Shown here: one piece after another, positions 13,015-26,398 of the stretch
Layout: every line of letters begins with the position of its first letter
How positions within the stretch are numbered: position 1 is the first letter of the stretch
From: Octopus sinensis
Lineage: Eukaryota
Direction of reading: 5' to 3'
DNA: 64,000 nt
Assembly: GCF_006345805.1 (NCBI RefSeq)
Contig: NC_043006.1
Coordinates: 2,108,001-2,172,000, forward strand
Notes under the pieces: generated by a model
Database searches by the model: none
What the model was told of the DNA's origin: nothing
What the model saw: the letters and a program-made list of their open reading frames with translations, nothing else
Translations under genes and position numbers: made by a program

Positions 13015-13415
13015 TGGTGCAGGAGTGGCTGTGTGGTAAGTAGCTTGCTTACCAACCACATGTTTCTAGGTTCAATCCCACTGCATGGCACCTTGGGCAA
13101 GTGTCTTCTACTATAGCCTTGGGCCGACCAAAGTCTTCTGAGTGGATTTCATAAATGGAAACTGAAAGAAGCCCGTTGTATATATGTATGTATATATATT
13201 TGTATATCTGTATGTATATATGTTTGTATATCTGAGTTTGTCCTCTGAACATTGCTTGACAACCAATGCTGGTGTGTATATATCTTCATAACTTAGCGGT
13301 TCGGCAAAAGAGACTAATAGAATAAGTACTAGGCTTACAAAGAATAAGTCCTGGGGTTGATTTGCTCGATTAAAGGCAGTGCTCCAGCCAAATGACTGAA
13401 ACAAGTAAAAAAATA
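13015..13415 (+). mobile_element. SINE family A
   Basis: GCAGGAGTGGCTGTGTGGTAAGTAGCTTGCTTACCAACCAC head; ACTGAAACAAGTAAAA tail. Confidence 0.9.
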
Positions 13416-13800
13416 AAAAGAATATATATATATCATCATCATCATCATCGTTTAAATATATAAGAAATATACTTGGAAATGGATGCGTGGCATTCAGTTA
13501 AATAATAGTATAAATTATATATATATATACGTGTGTGTGTGTGTGTATAAGTGCATATATGGGTACAGGACATCACCAACAGTAAACAACATGAAATACG
13601 AAAACAAATGAGTTAAATATGCAAACAACGAGAGAGAAAAAAAAAAATCCCAACATGATAAAATCTGTTACTAACCTATTTCTACATGGTAAGTCGTATT
13701 CTTACATTATATAACCTGAAATCTACCGTAGACATTACAAGAAGCACAAAATCTCTCAAGCAATGTATGAACTGACATAATTTTTTATATTTCTTTTCAG

Positions 13801-14421
13801 TTATTCATCGTTGAAAATAGGTTCTTGTGCAAGAAAATCCACGATCTCTGTGAATGCTTACTTCCATCTTCCAACTGTGAATATGTTGCCATTGAGCAGG
13901 AAATAGCCGAGCAATCAAATTGGCCGCCAATAAGTGAATCAAAAGCCAGTTTGTGTGATATATACAGCAACAGAGACAGCAGCATGGCTCGCCGTGGATC
14001 TGAGAATCTGAACTTTGATTCTGAAGAGGATCAGCTCAATTCTTCCAAGAACAGTGAATATAAGAAACCGATGCCTGGTGAAAGAGACATGGATTCTTCA
14101 AAGACTAAACTAGATGATATACATTTGGGTGAGGAATTGCCACAAGCAGAAGAAATGAATCAAAACTTACTGGGGAATTATGATTCTGAGTTTTCAGCTG
14201 CTGGTGAAAATCGAAAAGATTCAACAACTATTATAACTGCTGCTACAGTATCAGCATCATTTACGCCAGACACTTCTGATAACAGAACACCGACAGACAT
14301 AGGTTTGGCTGCCGATGATACCGCCATGGACAATTTAGGAACCCCTTGCCTTGCAACCCCTCCCACTAATAAATACAATGTCACAAAATTTAACACACGT
14401 TCTCTTAGTGTTAATTTATAG
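13801..14421 (+). CDS. Probable terminal coding exon of an unidentified host gene (206 aa, LFIVENRFLCKKIHDLC...RSLSVNL*)
   Basis: Acceptor TTTTTTATATTTCTTTTCAG at 13781-13800; 621-nt open phase-0 frame in non-repetitive sequence; acidic, Ser-rich, disorder-like composition; stop followed by unique AT-rich sequence. Upstream exons not identified. Confidence 0.7.
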   Translation, partial: LFIVENRFLCKKIHDLCECLLPSSNCEYVAIEQEIAEQSNWPPISESKASLCDIYSNRDSSMARRGSENLNFDSEEDQLNSSKNSEYKKPMPGERDMDSSKTKLDDIHLGEELPQAEEMNQNLLGNYDSEFSAAGENRKDSTTIITAATVSASFTPDTSDNRTPTDIGLAADDTAMDNLGTPCLATPPTNKYNVTKFNTRSLSVNL

Positions 14422-15250
14422 CAGAAAATAGATATTTTTAACTTGTGCTTGCTGGATTTACCAAGTAACTTGAATTTTGCAAGCGAACCTAGTTCTTTAC
14501 TTATAAAAAACAGTTCTAAGCTACACCCTGTATCAATGTGTGGTGTATTTTATGGTCTTTATAAGAACATATTCTCTTTTTCTTTCCCAGCCATTTGTTA
14601 AAACAAATAAAAAAAAACCTTTCTGCATTCCTCAATAGTATCCCCAACTCCCATGAATTTTGAACAGTGAGCTTCAGCCCTTTCACTTGGTTATTCCACT
14701 TCAATAATTATCCCCTCATGATTTTGTAAGGGTCTTCATATTTTTGTATTATTGCTATTTTCCACACCCCATTCCAACCCCTCCCCCTTTTCTCACTGTT
14801 TCATCCTCTTTTTTTTTTCCCCTTCAGTCGATCTTTCTAACCCGCTCTCGATATATAGAGATATATATTTACAAGAAAATAGTAAATTTAAAAAAAAAGT
14901 TAACCAACAGAAAAACCACAAACCCTTTTGTTTTGGTAAAATTGTTTCCTTTTTTAATGAAATCAGAAAATAAAAACCCTTTGTTTTTTTTAATTTTTTT
15001 CCTCTTAATAAAAAAAAAAATAACAAAAAGAACAAGCTATATGAAAAACCCTGTGTCGTGGACAAATGGAAGCAATGTCTAAAGATTATCTGATTATTGC
15101 AGTTTGTCTAATTTATATAATTTTTTTTATATATTACTAAAACAAAAACAAAAAAATCTGAAAATATTTAAAGGAAAATTAACAATTTATTAAACTTTAA
15201 AACAACAAAATCTTGTTATTGTTGTCTTTGTTGTTGTTGTTACCATCATC
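14422..15250 (+). other. Putative 3' UTR of the host gene, AATAAA at 15007-15012
   Basis: Repeat-poor, U/A-rich sequence directly after the stop; end point uncertain. Confidence 0.45.
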
Positions 15251-16292
15251 ATCGTCATCACTGTTAAATTAATTTTTATGACATCTGATTAACTCACTTC
15301 TCTTCATTAACATTCCTCCTGAATTCATTTTGGTGGTACAGGAATTTTTAAGGAATTCACCAAATCTACAATGTCCCTACAGACAATGGACTATTCCTGG
15401 CCTTAAAGTCATCTCACTGTATCTGTTGTTTAGCCCCTGGTCAACCTTGATCCAGTAGTTGTTTCAGCTGTGACCATCCTAAGAACCAACAGAGATCTAA
15501 GCACTGCCACACTGCTGGAAGAAGTGAGTGGACTGCGATGGGGGATTAAGTTGAAAAATAAACCTCATTTGGTCACAATCCATGAGAGTATCTTTGTCAC
15601 CCTTTGAACTTTTCAGTTGCCCCTCATATTACCACATATTTTTGTTTGGTACAAAGCTAAAGTAATTGAGAAGAATAGAGTTCAGGGAACTGTTACATTT
15701 AGGACAACTGTTCTATGATGTACATCAGAATTAAATAGATTGCAACAGCAACTGTTTTATTCAGCCCAAGTCCACCTTGTCTTCCTCCACTGTGGTGACT
15801 GCCAGAATCTACAAGCAAACAAAAATAAACTGGATAGCAGAGGGAGTGCAAAATACCCTGACTTTCAGACTGCACAACATATGGTTTATGGTTCTTTAAT
15901 GCATATTTGGTGTAGAATATGCTCATCTGAAAGATGGAGTCATGACATAAGTGGAAGGAAGCCAGTGTCCTTGACCTTGACCAGAGCATTTGAGATTGGT
16001 GGGAACAAAGAAGGTATCCACGAACCAGAGACCTAGCTCAGAATGTTTGTAGTGGAGTGGACTCCGTTAATAAATACACTCAAGGTGCCAGGTGATGGGT
16101 AAAGTCTTGAACCATTTTAACAGCATTATAGACTCTTGGGAGAAGCAGTGCTCTGGGGATTTATTTATTTATTTAATGGCAGAAGCCACAACTTAACATA
16201 AATTATCTTTAGACTCCCTGACCAGTGTCTCCCTCAATTGTCCACTGCCCTATGCATTAAGATGGTACCGATGAAGTCTACCACCCAAGATG

Positions 16293-16338
<46 letters not shown>

Positions 16339-19300
16339 CAGAGGTTGGACAAAATAATGGAAACAGCATCATAGCATCATAATTTTGAAATATCTATAAA
16401 ACCACCAAAAGCTTGTTTATTTTTGTTGTTTTTTTAAAATTTATTATTAGTGTTGCTTTATATGTTTTGCTAAAATTGCTGTTTCATTTCAGATATCATA
16501 AAAAAAAAAGTAATTAAAATTCATTAAAATGAGAGATCTATCAGACTTTTAAAGAGGTCAAATTGTTGGTGCTCGTATGGCAGGTGCTAGCGTAATGAAA
16601 GCAGCCGAAATGTTTACTGTATCAAGAATTACTGTCTTGAAATTAATGATAGCCTTTGAGAAAGAGGGAAAAACCTCTCATTGAAATAAAATTCTGAAAG
16701 AAAACCAAAACTTTCAGATAGGGATCGTTGGACTCTTATGAGAATTCTTAGAAAGGATCACAAAAGTACAGCTCCCAAAATTACTGCAGAGTTTAATGAC
16801 CACCTCGAGAACCCAGTTTACACAAAAAGTGTTCACCGGGAGATGCACAAAGCTGGATTTCAAGGGAGGGCTGCAATCGGAAAACCACTACTTTCAAAAT
16901 CAAATGTTGCAAAGCATTTAGTGTAGAGTAAAAACCTACAGAATTGGTCCCTAGAGCAGTGGAAGAATGTTATCTTCTAGGATGAGTCATCTTTTACCTT
17001 ATTTCCAGCCACCGGCCGAGTGTGTGTGTGGAGACAGTCAAAAGAAGCATTTGACCCAGACAGCCTTCTTCCAACTGTTAAACATGGAAGAGGATTTGGT
17101 GGAGGTGGGGGAGGGCTATATCTTGGAAATCCGCCAGCCCAATGGTTTCCCTTCATGGTAGAATTAATAGTGAATTTAAACTTTGTATGAATCCATACCT
17201 CATAAAATTCAAGTTGTAACTACTGCCAAAGGCAGTCCTACCCCATATTAAAATAAATTTGTTTGAAATTTTAGTTAGTTAGTTAATTTTTTGGGGACAT
17301 GGAGTTATGTACAGAGTGGTGTTCATGTAAAGAGTTCAGGTCACTTGAGGTCAAGGGAGACTTTGAACTGAGCGGTTGTCAGCATCTTCACCATCTCATC
17401 TGGCAGCTTATTCCACGGATCCGCAACCCGGACGGAGAAAGCCCCTCTTCTTCGATTGAGATGTAATCGTCACAGATAGAGCTTTTCGGAATAACCCCGC
17501 AGCCGACGCTCTGGAGCAGGAGTGAAGAACAGCTCTTCGAGAGGTTACACTTTCTGCTTATGATGTTGTGAGCGAGAATGAGATCTCCACAGCGTCGTCA
17601 TTTTTCTAGAGAATAAGGGTCGAGCGTCTTCAGCCTTTCTTCATAAGACAAATTCTTGAGACCAAGAACCATGCGGGTAGCCAGCTTCTGGACTCTTTCG
17701 AGATGCTGTATGTCTTTGAGGAGATAAGGAGAAGAGGCTTGAATCCTGTACTCCAATATGGGTCTCACCAGCGTGACAGAGTGGTAGGAATATGGCTGCT
17801 GTGAGCATTCCGAATGCCCGTCAAATCAAGAACAGAATTCCGCGTGCTTTGTTGGCAGCATGGACGCACTGGGCCGAAGGCGAAAAGGAGGAATCCACCA
17901 AGATACCCAGGTCCTTTACCTGATCGGTCCTCTCCAGCAGCAGACAACCCGGCTCAAAATCAAGTTGAGTTGCAGGAGAAGAGCCAACAAGCAGATGACA
18001 GCACTTTGACACGTTCAGACTCAGGTCCTATTCGTTAGACCATCTCCAAATTTGGTGGAGGCATCGACGAAGATCCTCTATATCACCGCGAAGAGCAACC
18101 AGTTTGACATCGTCGGCAAATAGAAGGGTGTGTTGCATGAGGTCATCGGGCAAGTCATTTATGAAGACTAAGAACAATAAGGGCCCAAGCACTGAACCTT
18201 GAGGCACACCACTGCTCGCACTGGAGACATCGGACTGCGAACCTTGAACTTGGACTTGGAAGGAGCGATCTGAGAGGAAGGCACCAACCCATCGTACAAT
18301 ATCAGGATGGAAACTATATGTTTGAAGCTTGACAAGTAATAGGCGGTGGTTTACCGAGTCAAAAGCCTTGGCAAAGTCCAATAAAACGATGTCAACAGCA
18401 TCACTATCATCGAGGATGCGCGTCACCAATTCTTCCATTACCAGTCAGTTGGTCAAGCATGATCTCTTCGGCACGAAGCCGTGTTGGGAATCAGTGATCG
18501 AGGCTGTGTTTAGGAGGTGGAGCATCATACTTTTCTTAAGGATGGTTTCGAACATCTTGCTGATTATTGATGTAAGGGAAACCGGTCGGTAGTTAAGCGG
18601 GTCTTCGTGGCTCCCTTTCTTGAAAATTGGGCAGATTATCGCTGTTCTCCAGTCCGCAGGTATAATACCCGTCGCCAATGACATATTGAATAGACATGTT
18701 AAGGGCTCGCAGATGACCGGAGCCAACACTTTGATAACCCGTGAGTGTATGCCGTCAGGGCCATGATCCTTGTTGACATCGAGGCCTTGAATAACGCGTT
18801 CGACTTCGTCCTGCCTGATGACCAATCGAAGCATTGGAGGTACCAATCTATCAAATGGAGGGGGTTCACGACCATCATCTTGTTTGAAAATAGTTGAAAA
18901 AGCCTCGGCAAATAATTGACTCTGTTGATAAGGGTCCTCAATCGATACGCCTGTTGAGTCTACCAATGTTGCAATTTGGTTGTTCAAGCGGGAATTCCAT
19001 TGGACATGGGCAAAGAAGGTTTTTGGATTGCTACTGGCGTTTGCTGCGATTTTGTATTCATATCTGAAGCGTTCTTCCTTTTCAATTTTCACGGCTCGGT
19101 CTCGTTGAGTTTTGTACACCTCAAAAGCTGCAGTCGAATCCAGATTTTTGAATTCAGCCCAAGTAATATCTCTGAGTCGAAGTTCTCGTTTAACCTTCTT
19201 CGTCACCCAGGGCTTGTGTTTCTTCTTCTTGGGAAGCCCAATGAGAACTGCCTGGTCAGTCAACAAGATTACATATGCTTTGAGGGACAACCATAGTTTG

Positions 19301-19527
19301 TCAACTGAGGACAACGTCATCAGGGATCGCCAGTCCAGAAGCCTCGGTTAGAATTTCAAGATTAATTGCAGAGAAGACTCTACGTGGCAGTGAATTAGTC
19401 GTGGGCGTAGAAAAGGTTGTGTGCATGACGAACTTCAGGACCGCATGATCACTCTTGGCAAGAGGGGCGCACACAGATACGTCTGACACTGATCTTGGAT
19501 AGCGGGAGAATACCAGTCCAACTCCTG
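16339..19527 (+). mobile_element. Tc1-family DNA transposon, defective, interrupted by a CR1 LINE
   Basis: Left end TA|CAGAGGTTGGACAAAATAATGG; broken transposase from 16529 (GQIVGARMAGAS..KPLLSK..DESSF..TVKHG, C-terminus AKGSPTPY*); right TIR remnant GTCCAACTCCTG|TA at 19516-19529. Confidence 0.85.
17271..19515 (-). mobile_element. CR1/L2-type LINE (family a), 5'-truncated in the endonuclease domain, (TAAC)n tail
   Basis: SDHAVLKF (end of APE domain), NYRPVSLTS, QHGF..RSCLTN, LDFAKAFDSV, GVPQGSVLGPLLF, FADD; several stops and frameshifts. Confidence 0.95.
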
Positions 19528-19559
19528 TATATATAAATAAATATATATATAACTTTCTA

Positions 19560-19975
19560 TCTTTTAACTTGTTTCTGTCAGTAGACTGTGGCCATGCTTG
19601 GACACCACCTTGAACAATTCTTTTTTTTTTGTTAAGTCAAATGAATCAACCTCAGAACTTACTTTCTTGTTAAGTCTGGTACTTATTCTACCAGTTTCTT
19701 TTGTCAAATCACAAAGTTATGGGGCCGTAAACACACCAACACCGTTATCAAGCGATGTTGGTAGATAAACATAGATACAGACACACACACACATGCACAC
19801 GTATGTACGACTGGCATCCTCCAGTTTCCGTCTACTAAATCTACTCTCAAGGCTTTGGTTGGCCAGGCTATAGCAGAAGACACTTGCACAAGATGCCATG
19901 CAGTGGGATTGAACCCAGAACCATGTGGTTGGGAAGCAAGCTTCTTACCATACAGCCATGCTTGCACCTGTGTGT
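19560..19975 (-). mobile_element. SINE family A
   Basis: Same head, body and tail motifs in reverse. Confidence 0.8.
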
Positions 19976-20069
19976 GTGTGTGTATGTATATATATATATA
20001 TATATATATAATATAAATTAGAGAAAAACCACTATATATATATATATACTCATATACATACATACATGC

Positions 20070-20925
20070 ATGATGGCTTCCCCCTCGTTATCGAGTATGG
20101 ACATTACACGAAGCTTAACTGTTATTGGTGCTGTGATCGAATGTGACTTTTTAGCCCAGCTAAAGATCTACAATGTCTTGTACAGAATTGGCAACTAAAA
20201 CCTTTACCGGTAATAGCCAGCTGTAGTTGTAACTGGGCTTCATGTACCTTTGCATGTCGTTTAAGTCCTCCTGCCGAATTACACTCTCTTCCACATGCCC
20301 GATAGATATGATTAGTATGGTGTGTAGCACCACTACCAGTGGCCAGTTGTCACTCATCTGTCTCGCTTTATGACTACAAAGACGACTCTTGAGTTCAGCT
20401 TTACTGAGGCAGGGTCTTACACAGACACTGTATGTCAGAATCAAAGGAAGACCCTTCCCTTCTAGAAGTGTAACAGCGATGCCCTTCCTGACATCCCTCC
20501 TTACTTTCTCATGTGCAACTCGAGATTTCTCAAAAGTGGCTGTCCCCTCATGCACAGTCCTTCTTCACCTGCTACGATCAATAGCTATGCCTTCCCATGT
20601 GTCAGGAGAGATGCAAGCATCTCTTAAGGAAGCCTTCAGCAAGTCCTTATACCATTATCAAACCTCTGGCAGCATATTTAATATCAGGCGCCTTGCTGCA
20701 AAAACAAAGATATTTACCTCTATCATAAGAGACATTTTGTATGCTGATGATTGTGAGCTAGTAGCACACACAGAGATTGATATGCAACACATTTTGAATG
20801 CATTCTCTGATGCTTGCACTGCCTTAGGATTGACAGTCAATCTCAAGAAAACTGTTGTCATGCATCAGGCTGCCCCTGGTACGCAGTATAGTGTACCAAG
20901 AATCTATGTGAATGGTAAACGACTT
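20070..20925. mobile_element. BovB-like RTE remnant in two divergent pieces
   Basis: Plus strand 20620-20925: GSIFNIRRLAAKTK..LYADDCELVAH..GLTVNLKKT. Minus strand 20340-20555: C-terminal region with CVRPCLSKAELKSRLCSH; 3' tail at ~20070-20115. Confidence 0.75.
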
Positions 20926-20942
20926 GATATACATATATATAC

Positions 20943-20973
<31 letters not shown>

Positions 20974-21465
20974 CATACATTTATATATATATACATATAT
21001 ATATACATACATTTATATATACATATATATATATACATACATTTATATATACATACATATATATATATACATACATAAATATATACATACATAAATATAT
21101 ACTTATATATATACATACATAAATATATACTTATATATATACATACATAAATATATACATATATATATACATACATAAATATATACATATATATATACAT
21201 ACATAAATATATATACATATATATATACATACATAAATATATATATATATATATACATACATAAATATATACATGAATATATACATACATAAATATATAT
21301 ATATTCATACATACATAAATATATTCATACGTACATAAATATATATATATATTCATACATACATAAATATATATATTTACATACATAAATATATATATAT
21401 ACATACATATATATACACATATCATCATCATCATCATCATCGTTTAGCGTCCGTTTTCCATGCTA

Positions 21466-21510
<45 letters not shown>

Positions 21511-21610
21511 CATATATATATATACACATATATATACATATATACATATATACATACATATATATGTATATACACATATATAAATATATATACATACATA
21601 TATATAAACT
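20926..21610. repeat. (TA)n/(TACA)n microsatellite with an RTE tail stub at 21421-21470
   Basis: Directly visible. Confidence 0.9.
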
Positions 21611-21624
21611 TAGACTTAGATAAA

Positions 21625-23580
21625 CTTAGATATGTTTCGACCAAAGATTGGTCCAGGCCATGTCTAACTTAATAGCACTACCTGATAGGATTATTTGAAT
21701 CCTGTTGAAGTCAAGTTTTGTTCATGGTCCATTCAAGTAGTGAGTTTTTGTTGGGTGAGTTATATCCAATTATGGGTGGCTTATCTGGTATTCCTTGAAG
21801 GAATCTATCCAGACTCCGTTTAAAGTTGATGGGATCCTGTTCCTCTTTGATCTCTTTCGGGACGATGTTAAATAGGGCAGGGCCTGTTGAGGAAAAGAAA
21901 TTATGTTGTAGTGTACATGTATGCTGTGATCTTGAATTGGGCAGGGGACATATGACCCATGGTCCCAGTCTTGGATGAACCTTGAAGCTAATGTTCAGGT
22001 CGTTTGGGCAAAGTTGGCGGTACATTCTCCACATCGTACAAATGATGTACCGCTCATGGCGACGCTGGAGAGAGTAAAGTTTCAAGGCTTTAAGGCGATC
22101 CCAATAATCGAGAGCAGCCATGCCTTCAATTCGTTTAGTGAGTGCTCTCTGGGGTGATTCAATCCTTGAGATGTTTTGTCTCGTATGGGGAGACCACAGT
22201 GGGTAGCAGTATTCGAGGTGTGGCCGTACAAAGGAGGAGATAAGTGGTATGATGACACCTTGTTCTCCGGACCGGAAAGTTCTTAAGATCCAGGAACTCA
22301 TCCTACGAGCTATATCGACCTTCTTGTTGATGTGTGCACTCCAACTGAGATCGTCATCAACAATTACACTCATCATCATCATCATCATCATCGTTTAGCG
22401 TCCGTTTTCCATGCTAGCATGGGTTGGACGGTTCTACTGGGGTCTGTGAAGCCAGAAGGCTTCATCAGGCCCAGTCAAATCTGGCAGTGTTTCTACGGCT
22501 GGATGCCCTTCCTAACGCCAAACTCAGGTCTCTGATATTGTTAGAGGCTGTGAGCGGTTCCCCTGAAGGAAGAGAATATGGCTGTTTTAGTGAGGAATTT
22601 CTTCCAAAATGCATCAGCTCAAATTTTTCCCTCATTCAGTTGCATTTTGTTTCTGTCTGCCCATTGACTCACAGCATATAGATCAGACTGGAGTTGAGTT
22701 CGGTCTGCTTCTTCATTGACGATTTGCTGGAGCTTAGTGTCATCAGCAAATATTTTCACTTTGCAGTAATGTATGACACTGGAAATGTCGTTTATGTAGA
22801 TTATGAAGAGTAGCGGACCCAAGACAGTCCCCAGGGGGACACTGCTGGTGACTTTTGCTGGGCTTGAGAGGACCCCATCAACTACAATATGTTGTGTTCT
22901 ATTCGCCAGGAAATACTTGATCCAGTGTAGAACTTTTCCACGGATTCCAACATTTGCCAATTTTGAGAATAGGATATTATGGTCTACCCTGCCAAACGCT
23001 TTACTGAAGTCAAGATATATGACATCAGAGTTCGAACCTGTTCCCAAGGCTTTGAGTACATCTTCAATGTGGTGTAAGAGCTGTGTTAGACAGTCCCAGC
23101 CACAGCGAAAGCCATGCTGATTTGCATTTAGGAGTTTGTGGGTCTCCAGGAAGTCAGCTATCCTTGATCTTAACACTCTTTCAAACACCTTGATGATGTG
23201 GGAGGTGAGTGAGATTGGGCGATAGTTCAGTGCGAGGGATCTGTTTCCTTGTTTGAAAACCGGGATGACTGATTGGGATAGAAACTGTGTCGGTATATAA
23301 CCTGCATCTAACGAATTTCTCCAGAGGTTGGTCAGAGGGACTGCAAGTTGGTGTCTACATTCCTTCAGGAGACTAGCGGGGAATCTATCAGGGCCTACAG
23401 CAGAGTAGTATTTGACCTCATTTATTGCTGCTATGATGTCGGTGGCAGTGAAGGTTATGTCTGCGATTTTGTGTTGGGAGTCAACTTCGTTCGTTTCCCT
23501 CACGTCAATATCAGTGGGAACAATAAAGACAGAGCAGTATTGTTTCTGCAGTATTTCTGCCATTTCTTTAGCATCGTGTT
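21625..23580 (-). mobile_element. CR1-type LINE (family c), 5'-truncated
   Basis: YRPISLTSH, QHGFR, YLDFSKAF, GTVLGPLLF, FADD, RPHLEYC, LYSLQRR; (TCTAAG)n-like tail at ~21625. Confidence 0.92.
22371..22514 (-). mobile_element. RTE 3' tail nested in the CR1 ORF
   Basis: CATCATCAT..CGTTTAGCGTCCGTTTTCC splits the RDL|VIVDDDLSW coding segment. Confidence 0.9.
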
Positions 23581-25865
23581 GGGGAATGTTTGAAGGAATT
23601 TGTCCAAAGACTTCTTGAATTTTGTGTGGTCAGTTTCTGTTTTGACGTGTCCTGGTGTAATGTTGAAGAGAGCGGGTCCAATTGAGGTAAAATAATTGTG
23701 CCGTATTGTCGTTATGTGATGTGATTTAGATTTTTGTTGTGGACGGATGGCACGTGGTCCAAGCCTTGGATGTAATTTGAAGGTGATGCCAACATCATTC
23801 GGACAGTGCTGATGGAATATTTTCCACATCATACAGATAATGTAGCGTTCACGACGTCGTTGGAGTGAATACAGTTTCAGTTTCTCTAGTCTACCCCAGT
23901 AGTCAAGGTCTGACATGCCATCTATCTTTTTTGTGATTGACCTTTGGGGAGCTTCAATTCTCATAATATTTTGTTTTGTGTAGGGAGACCACAGTGGACA
24001 GCAGTATTCAAGGCGGGGTCGGGCAAAAGTGGAGAAGAGAAGGATAATGGTGTTGGAATCTCTCGACTGGAAGGTTCTGAGAATCCAGGAACACATTCTG
24101 CGGGCCATGTCAACTTTGCTGCTTATATGTGTAGCCCAGCTTATGTTGTTGTCCACTGTTACTCCCAAGTCTCTGATGTTGTTAGACGCCATGAGAATTT
24201 CTCCAGAAGGAAGAGAGTATGGAAGTTTCAGAGCGTCCTCCCTTCCAAAGTGGATCAGTTCGAATTTGTCTTCGTTTAGCAACATGTTCTTTTCCGCCCA
24301 TTGGACAACAGCCAGTAGGTCTGACTGAAGGCTTATTCGGTCATCCACGCCATTGATGACCTTCTGGAGCTTGGAATCATCAGCGAAGGTTCTGATGTTA
24401 TTGTGTTTGATGGTGTCAGTAATATCATTAATGTAGATGATGAAGAGAAGTGGGCCCAGCACAGTGCCTTGTGGGACACCACTGCTGACTTTGGCTGGGC
24501 TGGATTTGACTCCTTCGACTACAACATGTTGGGTTCTGTTAGACAGGAAGCACTTGATCCATTGCAGCAGCTTTCCAGTGACACCAATATTGGACAGCTT
24601 TCTCAGAAGGATCTTATGATCAACCCTGTCAAAGGCCTTGCTGAAATCAAGGTAGATGACATCAGTGTTGGAACCCTCTCCCAAGGCTCTCAAAATGTCA
24701 TCAAAATGATGCAGTAGCTGTGTCAGGCAATCCCTTCCATTACGGAATCCATGCTGGTTGGAGTTCAACATATTATAACTCTCAAGGAAGTGAGTCATAC
24801 GCGATCTCAGCACTCTCAAATACCTTAATGATATGAGAGGTGAGTGAGATTGGACAGTAATTCACGGCAAGTGATTTGTTCCCCTTTTTGAAAACTGGGA
24901 CAACAGACTGGGATAGAAGGTCTTCTGGTATATATCCAGCATCCAGTGAGTTCTGCCACAGATTGGCTAGAGGGGGTGCAAGTTGGTGTTGACACATCTT
25001 CAAGACACAAGCAGGGAACCTATCGAGACCTACTGCTGAATTATGCTTCATTTCCTTTATTGCTGCTAAGACATCAGGAGCGCCAAAGGTTATGTCCGAT
25101 AAAGTATATTGGGGAGTAACATCTCTGATACAGCCCAGATCAGTCATATCAGGATTGCTGAAAACAGAGCAATATTGTTTCTGCAATATCTCTCCCATGG
25201 TTTTGGCATTGTCTTGAAGAGTACCATTTAATTAATCAGAGGGCCAACAGTAGAACCAGTGATAGTGTTTTTTTGCAAATGAAAAGAACACTTTGGGATT
25301 GAGTTTGATCTTCTCAATGGCCCAGGCCTCTTCAGTTCTTCTCTGACTATTGATGATAGACATCATGTTGTTTTGGAGTTTATGTTTTTTAATCTCTAGC
25401 GACGAGATGGCAGTCAGGTTGGTGTGTTGCTGTTGACAGTATTTCAGCTTGTTGATTTTTTTGTTAATTCTTTTAATTTTCCTGATGAGAGATTTTCTAT
25501 TTCTAGGGATTCGACACTTAGATTTGTTTGCAGATCTTAATGGGGTGTGGTTTGCACATATGTTCGTAATGGTGTCTACAAATGACTGCCAGGATTTTTT
25601 GATGTTTTTGATGTTAGTGGGTGTGTATGTGTGCGTGAAGGACCAATCGACTTGTGCAAGATCATTATTGATCGCTTCCCAGTTTGCATTGTGGAAATCC
25701 ATAGTGTCAAATGGATGAACAAGAGGGATGACATTTGTTTCGCATTTTGGCCGGTGAAATCTCAGATCACAGAGAACCATGTCATGGTCGGAGAGTAGAG
25801 TTTTCTCCACTGCAATATTGTGGATAGTATCAGTGTGATTGCTGAAAATTAAGTCTAAGACGTTA
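23581..25865 (-). mobile_element. Second CR1-type LINE (family c-related): end of endonuclease + RT, 3' end lost
   Basis: LDLIFSN..LSDHDMV (APE), QHGFRNGRDC, YLDFSKAFDRVDH, GVPQGTVLGPLLF, FADD. Confidence 0.92.
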
Positions 25866-25929
25866 TATATGTATATATATATATATGTATATAAATATAT
25901 ATACATGTATTTATGTATGTATTTTATCA

Positions 25930-26334
25930 CCATCATCCTCATCGTTTAACGTCCGCTTTCCATGCTAGCATGGGTTGGACGATTTTCACTGAGGTCTGGC
26001 AAACCAGATGGTTGCACCAGTCTCCAATCTTGATTTGGCTGTGTTTCTAAAGCTGGATGCCCTTTCTAATGCCAACGACTCCGAGAATGTAGTATTTATG
26101 TACATATATCATCATCATGATCATCGTTCAGCATCCGCTTTCCATACTGGCATGGGTTGGACGGTGCAACTGGGGTCTGGGAAGCCAGAAGTCTGCACCA
26201 GGCCCAGTCTGATCTGGCAATGTTTCTACGGCTGGATACCCTTCCTAATGTCAACCACTCCATGAGTGTAGTGGGTGCTATTTACGTGCCACCTGCACAG
26301 GTGCCAGACAAGTCTGGCAAACGGACACAGTCGC

Positions 26335-26335
<1 letters not shown>
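25930..26335 (-). mobile_element. Two RTE 3'-tail copies
   Basis: Two CATC..CCATGCTAGCATGGGTTGGACG starts at ~25940 and ~26120. Confidence 0.8.
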
Positions 26336-26394
<59 letters not shown>

Positions 26395-26398
<4 letters not shown>

